IMG/VR virus record: IMGVR_UViG_3300028024_000105
Span: 32,811 to 96,810 of that record
Strand: one strand, 5' to 3'
Source: a virus
DNA: 64,000 nucleotides
How positions within the stretch are numbered: the stretch's first letter is position 1; every line of letters starts with the position of its first letter. The notes under the pieces were generated by a model, which saw only the letters and a list, made by a program, of their open reading frames with translations, was not told the origin of the DNA and searched no databases. Shown piece after piece: positions 24,634 through 33,882 of this stretch. Position numbers and translations under genes: made by a program.

Positions 24634-25182
24634 TCAGCTCCTGGGCAGGACCTTCCAATGTGAGAACGGCGGCAGCTCCGCGTCGTCCGGCACGATCACA
24701 CCGTAGGCCGCGACCGGCCGGGGCATCGAGTAGTCCGGCACGATCACTCGGCCGTAATGCTGCAGCTCGGCGGGCTTCGTGAGGTTCTGCCCCAGCGACC
24801 CGGGCATGTCGAGGTTGTTCACGAACACGATGGCTTCGGGCCAGCGCTGCTTGACGATCTCCATCTGCTGGTGGAGCAGACGATCCGCCACCCACACGGT
24901 ATCCATGTAGAACATCGAGGGGCGCGGAGGGTCGATCCTGCGCAGCCACTCCACGGCGTTGGCGGTCTCGAGATGGATGCGCGGGTACCTCTGCTGTCCG
25001 ATCTTCACCGCCTGGTCGTTCAGATCGCAGCCCAAGCCGAAGCTGTCTGGCACGAACTGTGAGAAGTAGCCGACCGTCTCGCCTTCGAGGACGCCGCACT
25101 CGACCCAGCTCTTGATGCCGAACCGGCCGATCAGCCAACCGGCGAGGCACATGCGATGGAAATTTTCTTGATGCGTGGCCAT
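24634..25182 (-). CDS. class I SAM-dependent methyltransferase-like protein
   Basis: WVECGVLEGET...GCDLN...NAVEWL...MFYMD. Confidence 0.65.
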   Translation of the reverse strand: MATHQENFHRMCLAGWLIGRFGIKSWVECGVLEGETVGYFSQFVPDSFGLGCDLNDQAVKIGQQRYPRIHLETANAVEWLRRIDPPRPSMFYMDTVWVADRLLHQQMEIVKQRWPEAIVFVNNLDMPGSLGQNLTKPAELQHYGRVIVPDYSMPRPVAAYGVIVPDDAELPPFSHWKVLPRS

Positions 25183-25190
25183 TTTTGCCT

Positions 25191-26081
25191 TCAACTGTAG
25201 GATGGGAGCTTGCACAGATCCTTGCACATCTGGTTCAGGTCACCGGCAAGGTGGCGCCGCCGAGCGGCCCGGTACTTCTCTCCGTTCCAGACTTCGGCCA
25301 GCGTGTTCTCGTGGATGTTGCCCATGACCATCGCCGCGTTGTAGTCGTAGCAGCACGTGACGACGTCTCCGTTGGGGTTGACGTACACGGTCTCCCAGAA
25401 CTCGCGACATCCCAGCTTGTCGGCCTTCAGGACCGGCGTGCCTTCCGCATCGAAAGAGTAGCGGTGGTAGCTCTTGTTCTTCGGCAGCATCTCTCGCTGG
25501 GCCCGCTCGTCGACCAAGTACGGAGGCTTGAAGCCGATGCGGATGCCGAGGGAGTCGGCCATCGCCTGGGCAGCAGGCATCTGGTGTTCGTTGTGGGCGA
25601 AGACGATGAAGGTCCAGATCGTCTTCTTGGGCGCGAGCTTGGCCAGCAACCGCAGGCCGTTCATCGCCTTCTCGATGTCGCCGCGCACCCGGTACTTCTC
25701 GTAGGTGGCCTGATCCATGCCGTCGATGGAGACCGCGATGTCGTCGCAGAGCGCGATGTCCTGGGCCAGCTCTTCGGTCACGAACATGCCGTGCGTAGTG
25801 AACTGCACGGCCGAGAACTCCTTCACCTTCCGGATGATCTGCCCGATCTCCTTGTGGAGCGTCGGCTCGCCCCAGTTGTGGACGTAGGTGTAGCGCACCG
25901 AGTCCTTGGCTTCGCGGCAGACCTTGTCGACCAGATCCATCGGCATGAAGGGGACCTTGGTGGTCTTGGCGCGCGTGACCTGGCCCGCGCCCGTGCGGCA
26001 CGAGGGGCAGCGCAGGTTGCAGACGGACACGGTCTCCAGCACGAGCTGGCGCGGGGCCGGGGCGACTTCCGAGTATTCCAT
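25191..26081 (-). CDS. radical SAM protein with SPASM/twitch domain
   Basis: CNLRCPSC, NWGEPTLH, VSIDG, C..FW...VNPNGDVVTCCYD...MGNI...CKDLC; start fixed by GTCCAAG-N5-ATG. Confidence 0.92.
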   Translation of the reverse strand: MEYSEVAPAPRQLVLETVSVCNLRCPSCRTGAGQVTRAKTTKVPFMPMDLVDKVCREAKDSVRYTYVHNWGEPTLHKEIGQIIRKVKEFSAVQFTTHGMFVTEELAQDIALCDDIAVSIDGMDQATYEKYRVRGDIEKAMNGLRLLAKLAPKKTIWTFIVFAHNEHQMPAAQAMADSLGIRIGFKPPYLVDERAQREMLPKNKSYHRYSFDAEGTPVLKADKLGCREFWETVYVNPNGDVVTCCYDYNAAMVMGNIHENTLAEVWNGEKYRAARRRHLAGDLNQMCKDLCKLPSYS

Positions 26082-26117
26082 ACCACCTTGGACCCTGCGC
26101 CGCTCGGCGGCGCGAAT

Positions 26118-26356
26118 CACTACACCCAGCACTACACCTGGAATCGCGGTTGATGGAGCCGCGCGAAACACTTAGGGAATCAGTGCATTGTGGGCGACAA
26201 CGTCGTCAAGCACTCAATTTCTAATCTTGGCCGACGCCCAGTGTATCGCGTTTTGATCTGTCTTTTCCCAGTGGACGGATGGTACATGGTGGGTCGCTGT
26301 GGGTCCTGAAAGGACGCATTCACTACACCCAGCACTACACCCAGCACTACACCTGG
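26118..26356. repeat. 12-bp direct repeats (2+3 copies) flanking a non-coding core; candidate attP
   Basis: CACTACACCCAG/CACTACACCTGG at 26118, 26130, 26321, 26333, 26345; IHF-consensus AATCAGTGCATTG at 26178. Confidence 0.7.
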
Positions 26357-26369
26357 GCGTCTTTGTAGG

Positions 26370-26576
26370 TCACGGCCTTGCTCCGTATTCGATCTCCGCG
26401 CCGTCCTTCTTCAGCCGAGCCACGAGCGCGTCGGCATCTTTCTTCGACAGGTGCGAGTGGATCTCGTAGACCACGACGGTGATCTTCTTCGAGGACGCCT
26501 GATTCTCTTCTTCTGGAATGCTGATGCCGAGATTGTAGGTGCCGCGCCCGTCGTACAGGTAGGCAACGCTCTTCAT
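26370..26576 (-). CDS. hypothetical protein
   Basis: ATGA overlap within the minus-strand operon. Confidence 0.55.
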   Translation of the reverse strand: MKSVAYLYDGRGTYNLGISIPEEENQASSKKITVVVYEIHSHLSKKDADALVARLKKDGAEIEYGARP

Positions 26577-26791
26577 TTGTGCACCTGCATCATGAGGTTG
26601 TACCGCTCGATGTCCTTGGCTTTCTTGATACTCCAGTTCCGGCCGTACGCCAGAGCAAGGACCCGTTCGCGCTCCTTCAACGACATCCAGAACCAGACCG
26701 CGTTCGTGTTGACTTCGCGCTGCGCCGTCACAAGGATCTCGTCGAACTTCTTCCCGAAGTCGGTACGACGTTTGGAACCGTAAGTGCTCAC
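26573..26791 (-). CDS. hypothetical protein
   Basis: GTG start, overlap-coupled. Confidence 0.55.
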   Translation of the reverse strand: MSTYGSKRRTDFGKKFDEILVTAQREVNTNAVWFWMSLKERERVLALAYGRNWSIKKAKDIERYNLMMQVHK

Positions 26792-26987
26792 GCTCCCACC
26801 GCCTTCTTCGTCTTCTTCCACCACACCTTCAGCCTGGTCTCGTGGCGCCTGCCGTCGCCGTGCTCCCAGCCCGGGATCTCGTCGCTGCAGAGCCCGGTGT
26901 GGCCCGTCTTGCGGCTGCACTGGAGCGAGTTGCCCGCTTCGCCTGGTAGGCCGCCGACCCTGATCTCGGCGTAGCTGCCGCAGCGGG

Positions 26988-27425
26988 TCATTTCTCGTTC
27001 TCCTCGAGCGGCAGCAAGCCCGAAGACATCTGCTCGGGCGTGACTCCGTAGGCTGCGTCGGCGTTGAAGCCGCAGCCCTTCATGATCCCCGGGTTGGTTG
27101 GACGCTCGATCTCCGGCGTGGCGTAGAAGGGGTAGCCGCTGCACATCTTCGGCTTGTCGGCCTGGATCGTGCAGCCCTGCTTGCCGTCGGCCATCACTCC
27201 GAGCATCTTGCACGGGCCGTAGTAGAACCTCATGCCGTAGCCGACGTCGCGTTTGCCGAGGCATCGACCCTCGAGCATCGGGAACAGCATCCAGATATCT
27301 TGCATGATCGTGATTCCCGGCGCTTGGTCGCGCCAAGCGCGGAAGTTGTCTCTCAGCTCGCGCGGACTCGGCGGGATGTGAAGGACCTTGCAGCACATTC
27401 CGCTGCGCTGGCATCCGATGCTCAC
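26988..27425 (-). CDS. YkgJ-like cysteine-cluster protein
   Basis: CQRSGMCC...CKML...CTIQADKPKMCSGYPF. Confidence 0.75.
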   Translation of the reverse strand: MSIGCQRSGMCCKVLHIPPSPRELRDNFRAWRDQAPGITIMQDIWMLFPMLEGRCLGKRDVGYGMRFYYGPCKMLGVMADGKQGCTIQADKPKMCSGYPFYATPEIERPTNPGIMKGCGFNADAAYGVTPEQMSSGLLPLEENEK

Positions 27426-27428
27426 GAC

Positions 27429-27638
27429 CTACTCCTTCTTTGCCGGACTCTGCGCCCATCCGCAGCGCGGGCAATACTGGCGGCCGTTGTCCCAGTCCGC
27501 CCCTTCGACCTTGATGTCGGACTGGCGGATCGCGGACTTGTCGAGGCTGCGGCAGGTGTCGGACGCGTCGATGAAGACGTTGATCTTCATCCGCAGCTTG
27601 CGCTCGCCGCACCTGGGACACCTGGGCTGCACGATCAT
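27429..27638 (-). CDS. Zn-ribbon protein
   Basis: CPRCG...YCPRCGW. Confidence 0.6.
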   Translation of the reverse strand: MIVQPRCPRCGERKLRMKINVFIDASDTCRSLDKSAIRQSDIKVEGADWDNGRQYCPRCGWAQSPAKKE

Positions 27639-28228
27639 GGATTGTCCAGCTTGTCGTACTTGTTCCACGCGACCCATCCGGTCTTCGCGTAGAAGCCCCA
27701 GATCCTCCGCACCGGCCCGCAGATGACGAGCGTCCAGACCGGGCTGCGGCTCACCCACTTGATGGTGTGGCTGTCCTCCGCGCGCTTCCAGTTGAACCAG
27801 CGCCTGCGCTCGGGCTCGGGATCGCCGATGAACGGGCAGGACTGGTGCCCGCAGTGATGCGGCACGTCCTCGACATAGTGGCCGCGCAGGATGATCGACA
27901 GGAAGCTCCACGGGTGATCGTGGAGATCCCGCTGCTGGTCCGGCCGGAAGATCCGGTGGAACTTGACGGAGAACCACGGCGTCGTGATCAGCGACACCCG
28001 GTCGATGTAGACCGTCTTGCCGTCGCTGATCTTCGTCCGGTTCATGAGGCCCCAGCGGCGGCCCTGCCGCTCGGTCTCCAGAGTGAGTTCGTCGCCTTCG
28101 AGCGGACTGCGCGTCACGCTCGCTTTCTGGTATTGGGACAACAGTGTGATCAGAAACGCGATGAGGGTGCCGACGACGACGAATCCTACGCCGAACGCGC
28201 GGGGGTCAATGTCGTAGATACTGAACAT
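27635..28228 (-). CDS. cupin-fold protein with an N-terminal TM helix
   Basis: LHDHPWSFLSIILRGHYVE...DSHTI...WTLVICGP..RIWGF. Confidence 0.75.
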   Translation of the reverse strand: MFSIYDIDPRAFGVGFVVVGTLIAFLITLLSQYQKASVTRSPLEGDELTLETERQGRRWGLMNRTKISDGKTVYIDRVSLITTPWFSVKFHRIFRPDQQRDLHDHPWSFLSIILRGHYVEDVPHHCGHQSCPFIGDPEPERRRWFNWKRAEDSHTIKWVSRSPVWTLVICGPVRRIWGFYAKTGWVAWNKYDKLDNP

Positions 28229-28231
28229 GCT

Positions 28232-28462
28232 CTACTCCTGTGTCCTCAACCACTCCAGCAGGTCGGGCTTGCGGAACATCACGCGGCGCCGACCGATGCG
28301 GACCTTGATCTCGAGAAGTGCGGCACCCAGCGGATCAGTGATTCCGCTCTTGGCGCGCTTCATGGTCTGGCGGACTGCGGCGGGAGAGCGGCCGACGTAC
28401 CTGGCGACTTCGTCGACGGTGATCAGGGGTGCGTCAGCCGGGCTCGTACGCTCTTGTCCCAT
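28232..28462 (-). CDS. excisionase-like winged HTH
   Basis: LITVDEVARYVGRSPAAVRQ...VRIGRRRVMFRKPDLLEWL; CGTCTGAC-N5-ATG. Confidence 0.75.
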   Translation of the reverse strand: MGQERTSPADAPLITVDEVARYVGRSPAAVRQTMKRAKSGITDPLGAALLEIKVRIGRRRVMFRKPDLLEWLRTQE

Positions 28463-29023
28463 GCTCCGTCAGACGCGCGGTCGCAGGAATTATCGACGCC
28501 TGGTGCGGATCAACGTCTTGGTTCGACCCTGCTTCTTGCAGTCGACGCAGGCGAAGCCCACGAGGACGTAGTCGAACGGCTTGGGCTGATGTGTGGTGAC
28601 GAGGAAGTGACAGCAGGAGAAAGGGTGATCGGGATTGCAGCGGTGACGTTCTGGGATCAGCACGAGTAGCGCCACGCTCGCGCGGCACCCGTCCACTCGA
28701 AGCCCATCTTCTCCATCGTCATGCGGTCCGGCAGCGAGAGCCGGTCCGGCCGGATGTCCGTGCCGATGTAGACGCTGTCGTCGGCGACGAAGAGACCGAG
28801 ATCCTGGGAGACGGGGATGTACTTCTGCAGGAGCTGCAGGGCCTGGAGGAAATGGCGGCCTTTCATTCGTCGCTCGCTTTCTCTTTGCGCTTCTCGGTGT
28901 TGTGGGTCCGGTCGTCGCGACACCATCCGCAGGAGCCGCCGGTCCGACAGGCCCGGCAGAACCGCCCGGCCCGCCGGTACGGTTTCCGCTTGTCCTTCCG
29001 CTTGGGGTAATTCTTGTCGAAGC

Positions 29024-29431
29024 TCACGTCGTCTTGGACTCGGTGTCGATGCGCCAGATGGTCTGGATGCCGCCCGAGCCCGGCTTGGTGATGTCCACCT
29101 GGCTGGACCGCACGTGCATGTGGGTCTGGACCGGGAAGTACATGCTCCCGATCTTGCCCTTGCGCGCGGCTGCGTAGAGCAGGCCCTGGGGGCTGTACTC
29201 CACGTGCAGCGCGACTTCCGGCGTGACGGCGGGCTCGGCTGCCCGCATGATGGTCTCGAGGCTGCTCGTCAGCTCGGCCGCGAAGGCGTCGAGCTGCCCC
29301 TCGGTCAGAAGCGGCTTGATCGCGCAGAACGATGCGCGGTAGTAGCTCCCCGCCGAATCCGAGATGTCCTGCTTCGCATTCTTGAGGACGTCTCGCCACC
29401 ACGCAACGGCCGCGCTGATCGCATCGTTCAT
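29024..29431 (-). CDS. hypothetical protein
   Basis: AAVAWW...LHVEYSPQGLL..AA...FP; SD GAGG. Confidence 0.7.
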   Translation of the reverse strand: MNDAISAAVAWWRDVLKNAKQDISDSAGSYYRASFCAIKPLLTEGQLDAFAAELTSSLETIMRAAEPAVTPEVALHVEYSPQGLLYAAARKGKIGSMYFPVQTHMHVRSSQVDITKPGSGGIQTIWRIDTESKTT

Positions 29432-29684
29432 CGCTCTTTCCTCTCCAAAAGATGAATGATCAGGGCAGCGAGAGCGATGCCCGTTGCGAGCACTAGCCAG
29501 AGTTCAAAGCCCAAACGGGCCAATAGCTCCGGCAGGGGAACTGCCCTGACCATGTTCCGTAGGACGTGTTCACGAATGATTTCTGAAACGATTGCCCATT
29601 ACCAACCGTCTATGCATTGGGAGCAGTGCGACCGGGAGAGCAGTTAGGAGTACCGAGCGGCTATCGAGCAAAGCCGTTATGAGG

Positions 29685-29712
29685 TTGCTTCCCGGGCGCG
29701 AGCTGCTATACT
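29685..29712 (+). promoter_or_regulatory. sigma70-like promoter with extended -10
   Basis: TTGCTT-N16-TATACT with TG at -15/-14. Confidence 0.5.
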
Positions 29713-29739
29713 CTCGGAGGGGTAATAGGAGACCGTACC

Positions 29740-30408
29740 ATGGAGCAACGCCTGAAGCAGTGCGTCAAGGTCGAGAAGCCGCTGGTCGGAGGCAAGCTCC
29801 GAGCCAAGAAGGGGTACATCTACTTCTGGACCGAAGACGGGATGCGCTGGTTCCGCCACAACGAGCGGGCCTACCGTAGCATGCGCCAGATCCGGTCTCT
29901 CGAGAACAAGCTGGCCAGACACTTCCCTGAAGTGAAGATCAAGAACCACGTCGACAAGCACGGGGAGCTGCCGGACGGTCTGGACAAGGGCGGCCTGCCG
30001 ATCAAGACCTTCCCCCTGGTGTTCGGTGACGGGCGGCGCCGAGATCACCCCCGCCTGGAGCACCTGCAGAAGAAGATCGGCCAGCTAGAGCGTGAGAAGA
30101 AGGAGCTGCAGGCCATCGTCGCGCTGACCGGCGATGCCGATTTCGTGCCCACCGATTTCGTCACCAATCTAGGCTCCAACCTGGTGCAGGAGTACACTCG
30201 GCCGGACGGGACCAAGACGCTCGGCATGCAGATAGCGGGCGAGCCCGAGATCCGCCTGACCCGAGCACAGTGGCAGAACATGGTCGAGTTTCAAGAGGTC
30301 ATCGTCGACGCGCTCCGGAAGTACGGAGAGCACGTCAAGCGCCGGACCTTGGGATACGACCGGAGCGCGCAGGACGCGCCGTCGGACGTCCACATGCCGA
30401 AGAACTGA
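29740..30408 (+). CDS. hypothetical protein
   Basis: SD AGGAG; 222 aa with a central coiled coil. Confidence 0.7.
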   Translation: MEQRLKQCVKVEKPLVGGKLRAKKGYIYFWTEDGMRWFRHNERAYRSMRQIRSLENKLARHFPEVKIKNHVDKHGELPDGLDKGGLPIKTFPLVFGDGRRRDHPRLEHLQKKIGQLEREKKELQAIVALTGDADFVPTDFVTNLGSNLVQEYTRPDGTKTLGMQIAGEPEIRLTRAQWQNMVEFQEVIVDALRKYGEHVKRRTLGYDRSAQDAPSDVHMPKN

Positions 30409-30493
30409 CCACTATCTGCAGGGCAGTTACAGATTGCCTGTCACACCGATAGGCCACTGCCGTCCTATTCCCGTCACCGAAACGGAGGATGGG

Positions 30494-31165
30494 ATGAAGA
30501 CCTGGGCGCTGCACCGCGAAGACCTGATGACCCGCGAGGAGTGGCTGAAGCTCCGTTCCCACCTGCAGGCCAAGTACGACCTGGCCGTCGCCCGCGACAC
30601 CTGGACGGCGGTTCAGGATCTGGTCATCTGCTTCACCGCCATCTACACGGGCCTGCGCCGGATGGAGCTGGCCGGACTTCGGCTCGGTGACCTGCACCTG
30701 ACGAATGAGAATCCCTTCATCGTGGTCCGCCACGGTAAGGGTGACAAATTCCGCGAGGTCGTGATCTCCCCGAGCACGCGCGCGATGCTGAAGTCCTTCC
30801 TGCGCTCGCAGCACGTGACGCCCGAGGACGCGCCGGATCGCTTCCTGTTCGTCCCGCAGCGCGGCGAGCACTACACCCCGGACGGGATCTACCGGGTCTG
30901 GAAGACGGCCTGCCGCGAAGCGGGCATCCGCGAGGTCTCCATCCACAAGGCCCGGCACCTGTACTGCACCACCCTCTACGCGGTGAAGAAGGACGCCCGG
31001 TTCGTGCAGCGGCAGGCCGGACACACGCGCCTGACCACGACGCAGGTGTACATCGACATCACCGACGTGGACGCCAACGAGAATCTGGTCCTTCTCGATA
31101 AGGCTTTGACGCAGCGTCCTACGGTGCATGAATCTGTCGGAGGCGCTGGCTGCCGCACAGCGTAA
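30494..31165 (+). CDS. tyrosine recombinase, catalytic domain only
   Basis: YTGLRRMEL, HGKGDK, IHKARHLY, AGHTRLTTTQVY; class I-like promoter GTCAC-N16-CGTC at 30440. Confidence 0.9.
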   Translation: MKTWALHREDLMTREEWLKLRSHLQAKYDLAVARDTWTAVQDLVICFTAIYTGLRRMELAGLRLGDLHLTNENPFIVVRHGKGDKFREVVISPSTRAMLKSFLRSQHVTPEDAPDRFLFVPQRGEHYTPDGIYRVWKTACREAGIREVSIHKARHLYCTTLYAVKKDARFVQRQAGHTRLTTTQVYIDITDVDANENLVLLDKALTQRPTVHESVGGAGCRTA

Positions 31166-31862
31166 GTGCTCCTGCGGCAACCGCGTCCACCGTTGTCAAA
31201 CCCGCTGTAGGGCCTGCGCCCAGACTCACGCCAGAAGGCAGGCCCGCCACACCGCGAATCTGATGGCTCGAGGTCTCTGCGGCCGGGGCTGCGGTCGTAC
31301 CTACTACCCTGGGAAGCCCTACTGCGCCGTGTGCATCGACGCCTACATCGCCCGGAACAAGCGCAACCGTCTCCTGGCGCGCGACGCGGGCGTCTGCCGC
31401 GACTGCAGGAAGCCCGCCGAGACCGGCCATCGCAGATGCTCAGTGTGCGCGGAGAAGCATCGGCAGTACAACCTGGATCGCTCCGAGCACCTGAAACTCA
31501 AGGGGCGATGCCGTAGTTGCGGCAAGCCGCGCCACCTGTATTCGAGCAATTTCTGCCTCTCCTGCCATCTTCGGAAGCTGTGCGGCGACCGCCTGGGCAA
31601 CCCGCAGTACGCGCGTCTCATGGCCGCCCGGATGGACGAGCAGAACGGCGTGTGCTACCTCTGCCGCATCACGCCCATCGCCATCGGGGTGAACGCCGAG
31701 CTGGAGCACATGTACCCGATCTCGCGGACCGAGTTCGGGGCCGACAGCCAGAATCCCGAATACTGGCGCTGGGCCTGCCAGCCCTGCAACAGCCGGAAGA
31801 GCGACCTGACGGCCTACGAATTCTGGGCGCTGTACCCGGCCCGCAATCCGGCCATCGCCTAA
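31128..31862 (+). CDS. Cys-rich multi-Zn-finger HNH endonuclease
   Basis: Many CxxC pairs, then CYLC...ELEHMYPISR...WACQPCNSRKSD. Confidence 0.8.
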   Translation: MNLSEALAAAQRKCSCGNRVHRCQTRCRACAQTHARRQARHTANLMARGLCGRGCGRTYYPGKPYCAVCIDAYIARNKRNRLLARDAGVCRDCRKPAETGHRRCSVCAEKHRQYNLDRSEHLKLKGRCRSCGKPRHLYSSNFCLSCHLRKLCGDRLGNPQYARLMAARMDEQNGVCYLCRITPIAIGVNAELEHMYPISRTEFGADSQNPEYWRWACQPCNSRKSDLTAYEFWALYPARNPAIA

Positions 31863-32213
31863 AGGTCGTGGCGCCGCGTCCTACAGAGCGTCGGAGGAAA
31901 TCATGAGCAATCGGCATCCGAGGCGTCGCAACAAGATCAAGCCCTTCCCGATGACGTCGCGCGACGTGATCTGCGCACAGTGCGGTAAGGCCACCAATCG
32001 CAAGAAGACCAAGGCCATCGACCGGGGCGAGGGCAAGGCCACCCCGAGTCGCGTCTGCAGACCCGCCTGCGAGAAGTCATAGAACATGACATTCTTCCAA
32101 CGGGTCTGGTGCCGCCTGTTCGGCCATCGCCTGAACTACTTCGCGTGGCGGTTCCACAACGACACAGTCTGTTGGCGGTGCGGGGTCGATACTACCAGCG
32201 AAAAGGGCAAGAC

Positions 32214-32429
32214 CTAGAGCTTCGGCAGCACCGGCACACCCGACAGTGCCACCACCACCTTCCGGATCGTGTCCTGGGCCGGGACGAACATCTCGCGCTC
32301 CCAGTGCGAGATCGTAGACACCGACACATCGGCTTTCCTGGCGAGCCCGCGCATCGACAGCCCCCGGCGGGTCCTCTCTCGCCGCAGTCTCTTCCCCGTC
32401 ATTCCTTCTGAGTGTATCGGCACAGCCAT
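32214..32429 (-). CDS. XRE/Cro-like HTH regulator
   Basis: GKRLRRERTRRGLSMRGLARKADVSVSTISHWER...P. Confidence 0.88.
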   Translation of the reverse strand: MAVPIHSEGMTGKRLRRERTRRGLSMRGLARKADVSVSTISHWEREMFVPAQDTIRKVVVALSGVPVLPKL

Positions 32430-32457
32430 GGTCGGCCATTATTTATAACGAATCACT

Positions 32458-32486
32458 TTTGAACGACATTGAACACGTGCTATAAT
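32458..32486 (+). promoter_or_regulatory. sigma70-like promoter divergent from the HTH gene
   Basis: TTTGAA-N17-TATAAT with extended TGn. Confidence 0.6.
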
Positions 32487-32696
32487 CCACCGAACGACCG
32501 GGGTGGGAGAAGGCGCTGGGGCAGTTTGGATACATACGACCTTGGATGTCACACGTCACCTGTACTATTTTCAGGCAGACAATAGTGAACGTCGGTCGTC
32601 ATATTTAATGTGGAATGGGTATGGGGCAAGAAACGAGCGTTCGGACCTGGAGGCATCCGGCGTCGTTGATCCGAGGGAGTAAGAGAAGGGTGAGCC

Positions 32697-33074
32697 ATGA
32701 CGGAGAATAGGATTGAACGTCTGCAGAGCATACAACTTCTCCGTGGAGTTCCTGCGCCGGACACGCAGGCCGCGCTGTTCAACGAGATCCACTTCGGCCG
32801 GGGCATCCTGATGCGGACGGATTCCAAGAGGGTCTCGGTTTGGGCCGTAAGGTTCGCGGGAGTCCTGTTCAAGATCGTTGTCGACGCGCAGCGCCATGAG
32901 CTGGCGTCGGTGATCGAGATCGAGGACGAGGATTTGCGCGCGTGCGACTGCGGGCACAAGCATTGTCACAAGTCCTGCAAGGCCGTCACGGTCCTGGACG
33001 AGTCGGCAACGCCGTGCTGCTGTCAGAAGTGCGAGTGTCCGTTGTGCCAGAAGTACGATGCGGTGAAGCTGTAG
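32697..33074 (+). CDS. hypothetical protein with a Cys-rich C-terminus
   Basis: CDCGHKHCHKSC...CCCQKCECPLC. Confidence 0.6.
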   Translation: MTENRIERLQSIQLLRGVPAPDTQAALFNEIHFGRGILMRTDSKRVSVWAVRFAGVLFKIVVDAQRHELASVIEIEDEDLRACDCGHKHCHKSCKAVTVLDESATPCCCQKCECPLCQKYDAVKL

Positions 33075-33148
33075 GGTTCGTGCGACCGGGGTTCTAATCT
33101 TTCGTTCTCTGAACTGCTCGACGGGCGCGCTGTACACGCGCCCGCCTT

Positions 33149-33406
33149 CTATCCCTTCGGCGCCCTTGCGGCGCGGATCTTGGCAATCTCGAGAGACTCT
33201 CTCACGCACTCCGGCACCGGCCGCTCGGACTTGATGCGGTCGATGACCGCCTGAATCGGCGGCGCCTGGGCGCCCAGCACGATGGAGTTGGCCGCGTGCT
33301 CGAACGCCACCTGCAACATGCGCCCGCGCCCGAGGTCCGTGGCGAGGCACAGCTCGGTCAGCGTGTCGTCCGCTTCGTCCTGCACCTGGATGATGCGCTG
33401 TTCCAT
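33149..33406 (-). CDS. hypothetical protein
   Basis: CGTCCTAC-N5-ATG start. Confidence 0.55.
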   Translation of the reverse strand: MEQRIIQVQDEADDTLTELCLATDLGRGRMLQVAFEHAANSIVLGAQAPPIQAVIDRIKSERPVPECVRESLEIAKIRAARAPKG

Positions 33407-33457
33407 GCCTCGTAGGACGTGCACACAAAAAGGTTTTCCCCACACGTCTGACGGATC

Positions 33458-33805
33458 ATGAGCGACGAATACTTCCGCGACTTCACCCGGAAGACGCTGG
33501 AGCGGATGCGCCCGGAGCAAGCACAGCGGGCGAAGAACAAGCCTCTGTGCCTCTGGGGCGGCTACGTCGAGCTGGACAAGTCGTGCTGCTGCCCCTTCGG
33601 CGAGGGGCTCGGGATCGACCCCACCAAGATCGTGGACGACGAGCGCGACCGCATCGACTTCGCCATGTACTCGGCCGCAACCGAGGCCGGATTCCTGGAC
33701 GTGACCGACGAGCAGAAGAACCCTATCTTCGTGAGCGGCCTGTCGCTTCTCAGCGAGCACGAGGTCCGGAAGGCGCTCGAGGTCGCCGCCGCAAGACAAG
33801 AGTGA
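33458..33805 (+). CDS. hypothetical protein
   Basis: CGTCTGAC-N5-ATG start. Confidence 0.65.
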   Translation: MSDEYFRDFTRKTLERMRPEQAQRAKNKPLCLWGGYVELDKSCCCPFGEGLGIDPTKIVDDERDRIDFAMYSAATEAGFLDVTDEQKNPIFVSGLSLLSEHEVRKALEVAAARQE

Positions 33806-33882
33806 ATATCCGGAGCCCCGGAACACAGCTTCGGCTGGCGCTTCCGGGTGCTCCGGACGCGCGATATGAAATGGAGAAGGCC

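Noticed and set aside
26221-26260. tRNA 3'-end fragment as att core on the minus strand (...GCGTCGGCCA)
   Set aside because: No T-arm (GTTCRA) precedes it, so the core sequence cannot be assigned by eye
26118-26356. 12-bp repeats as a mini-CRISPR
   Set aside because: Repeats are too short and directly adjacent; they fit protein-binding sites better
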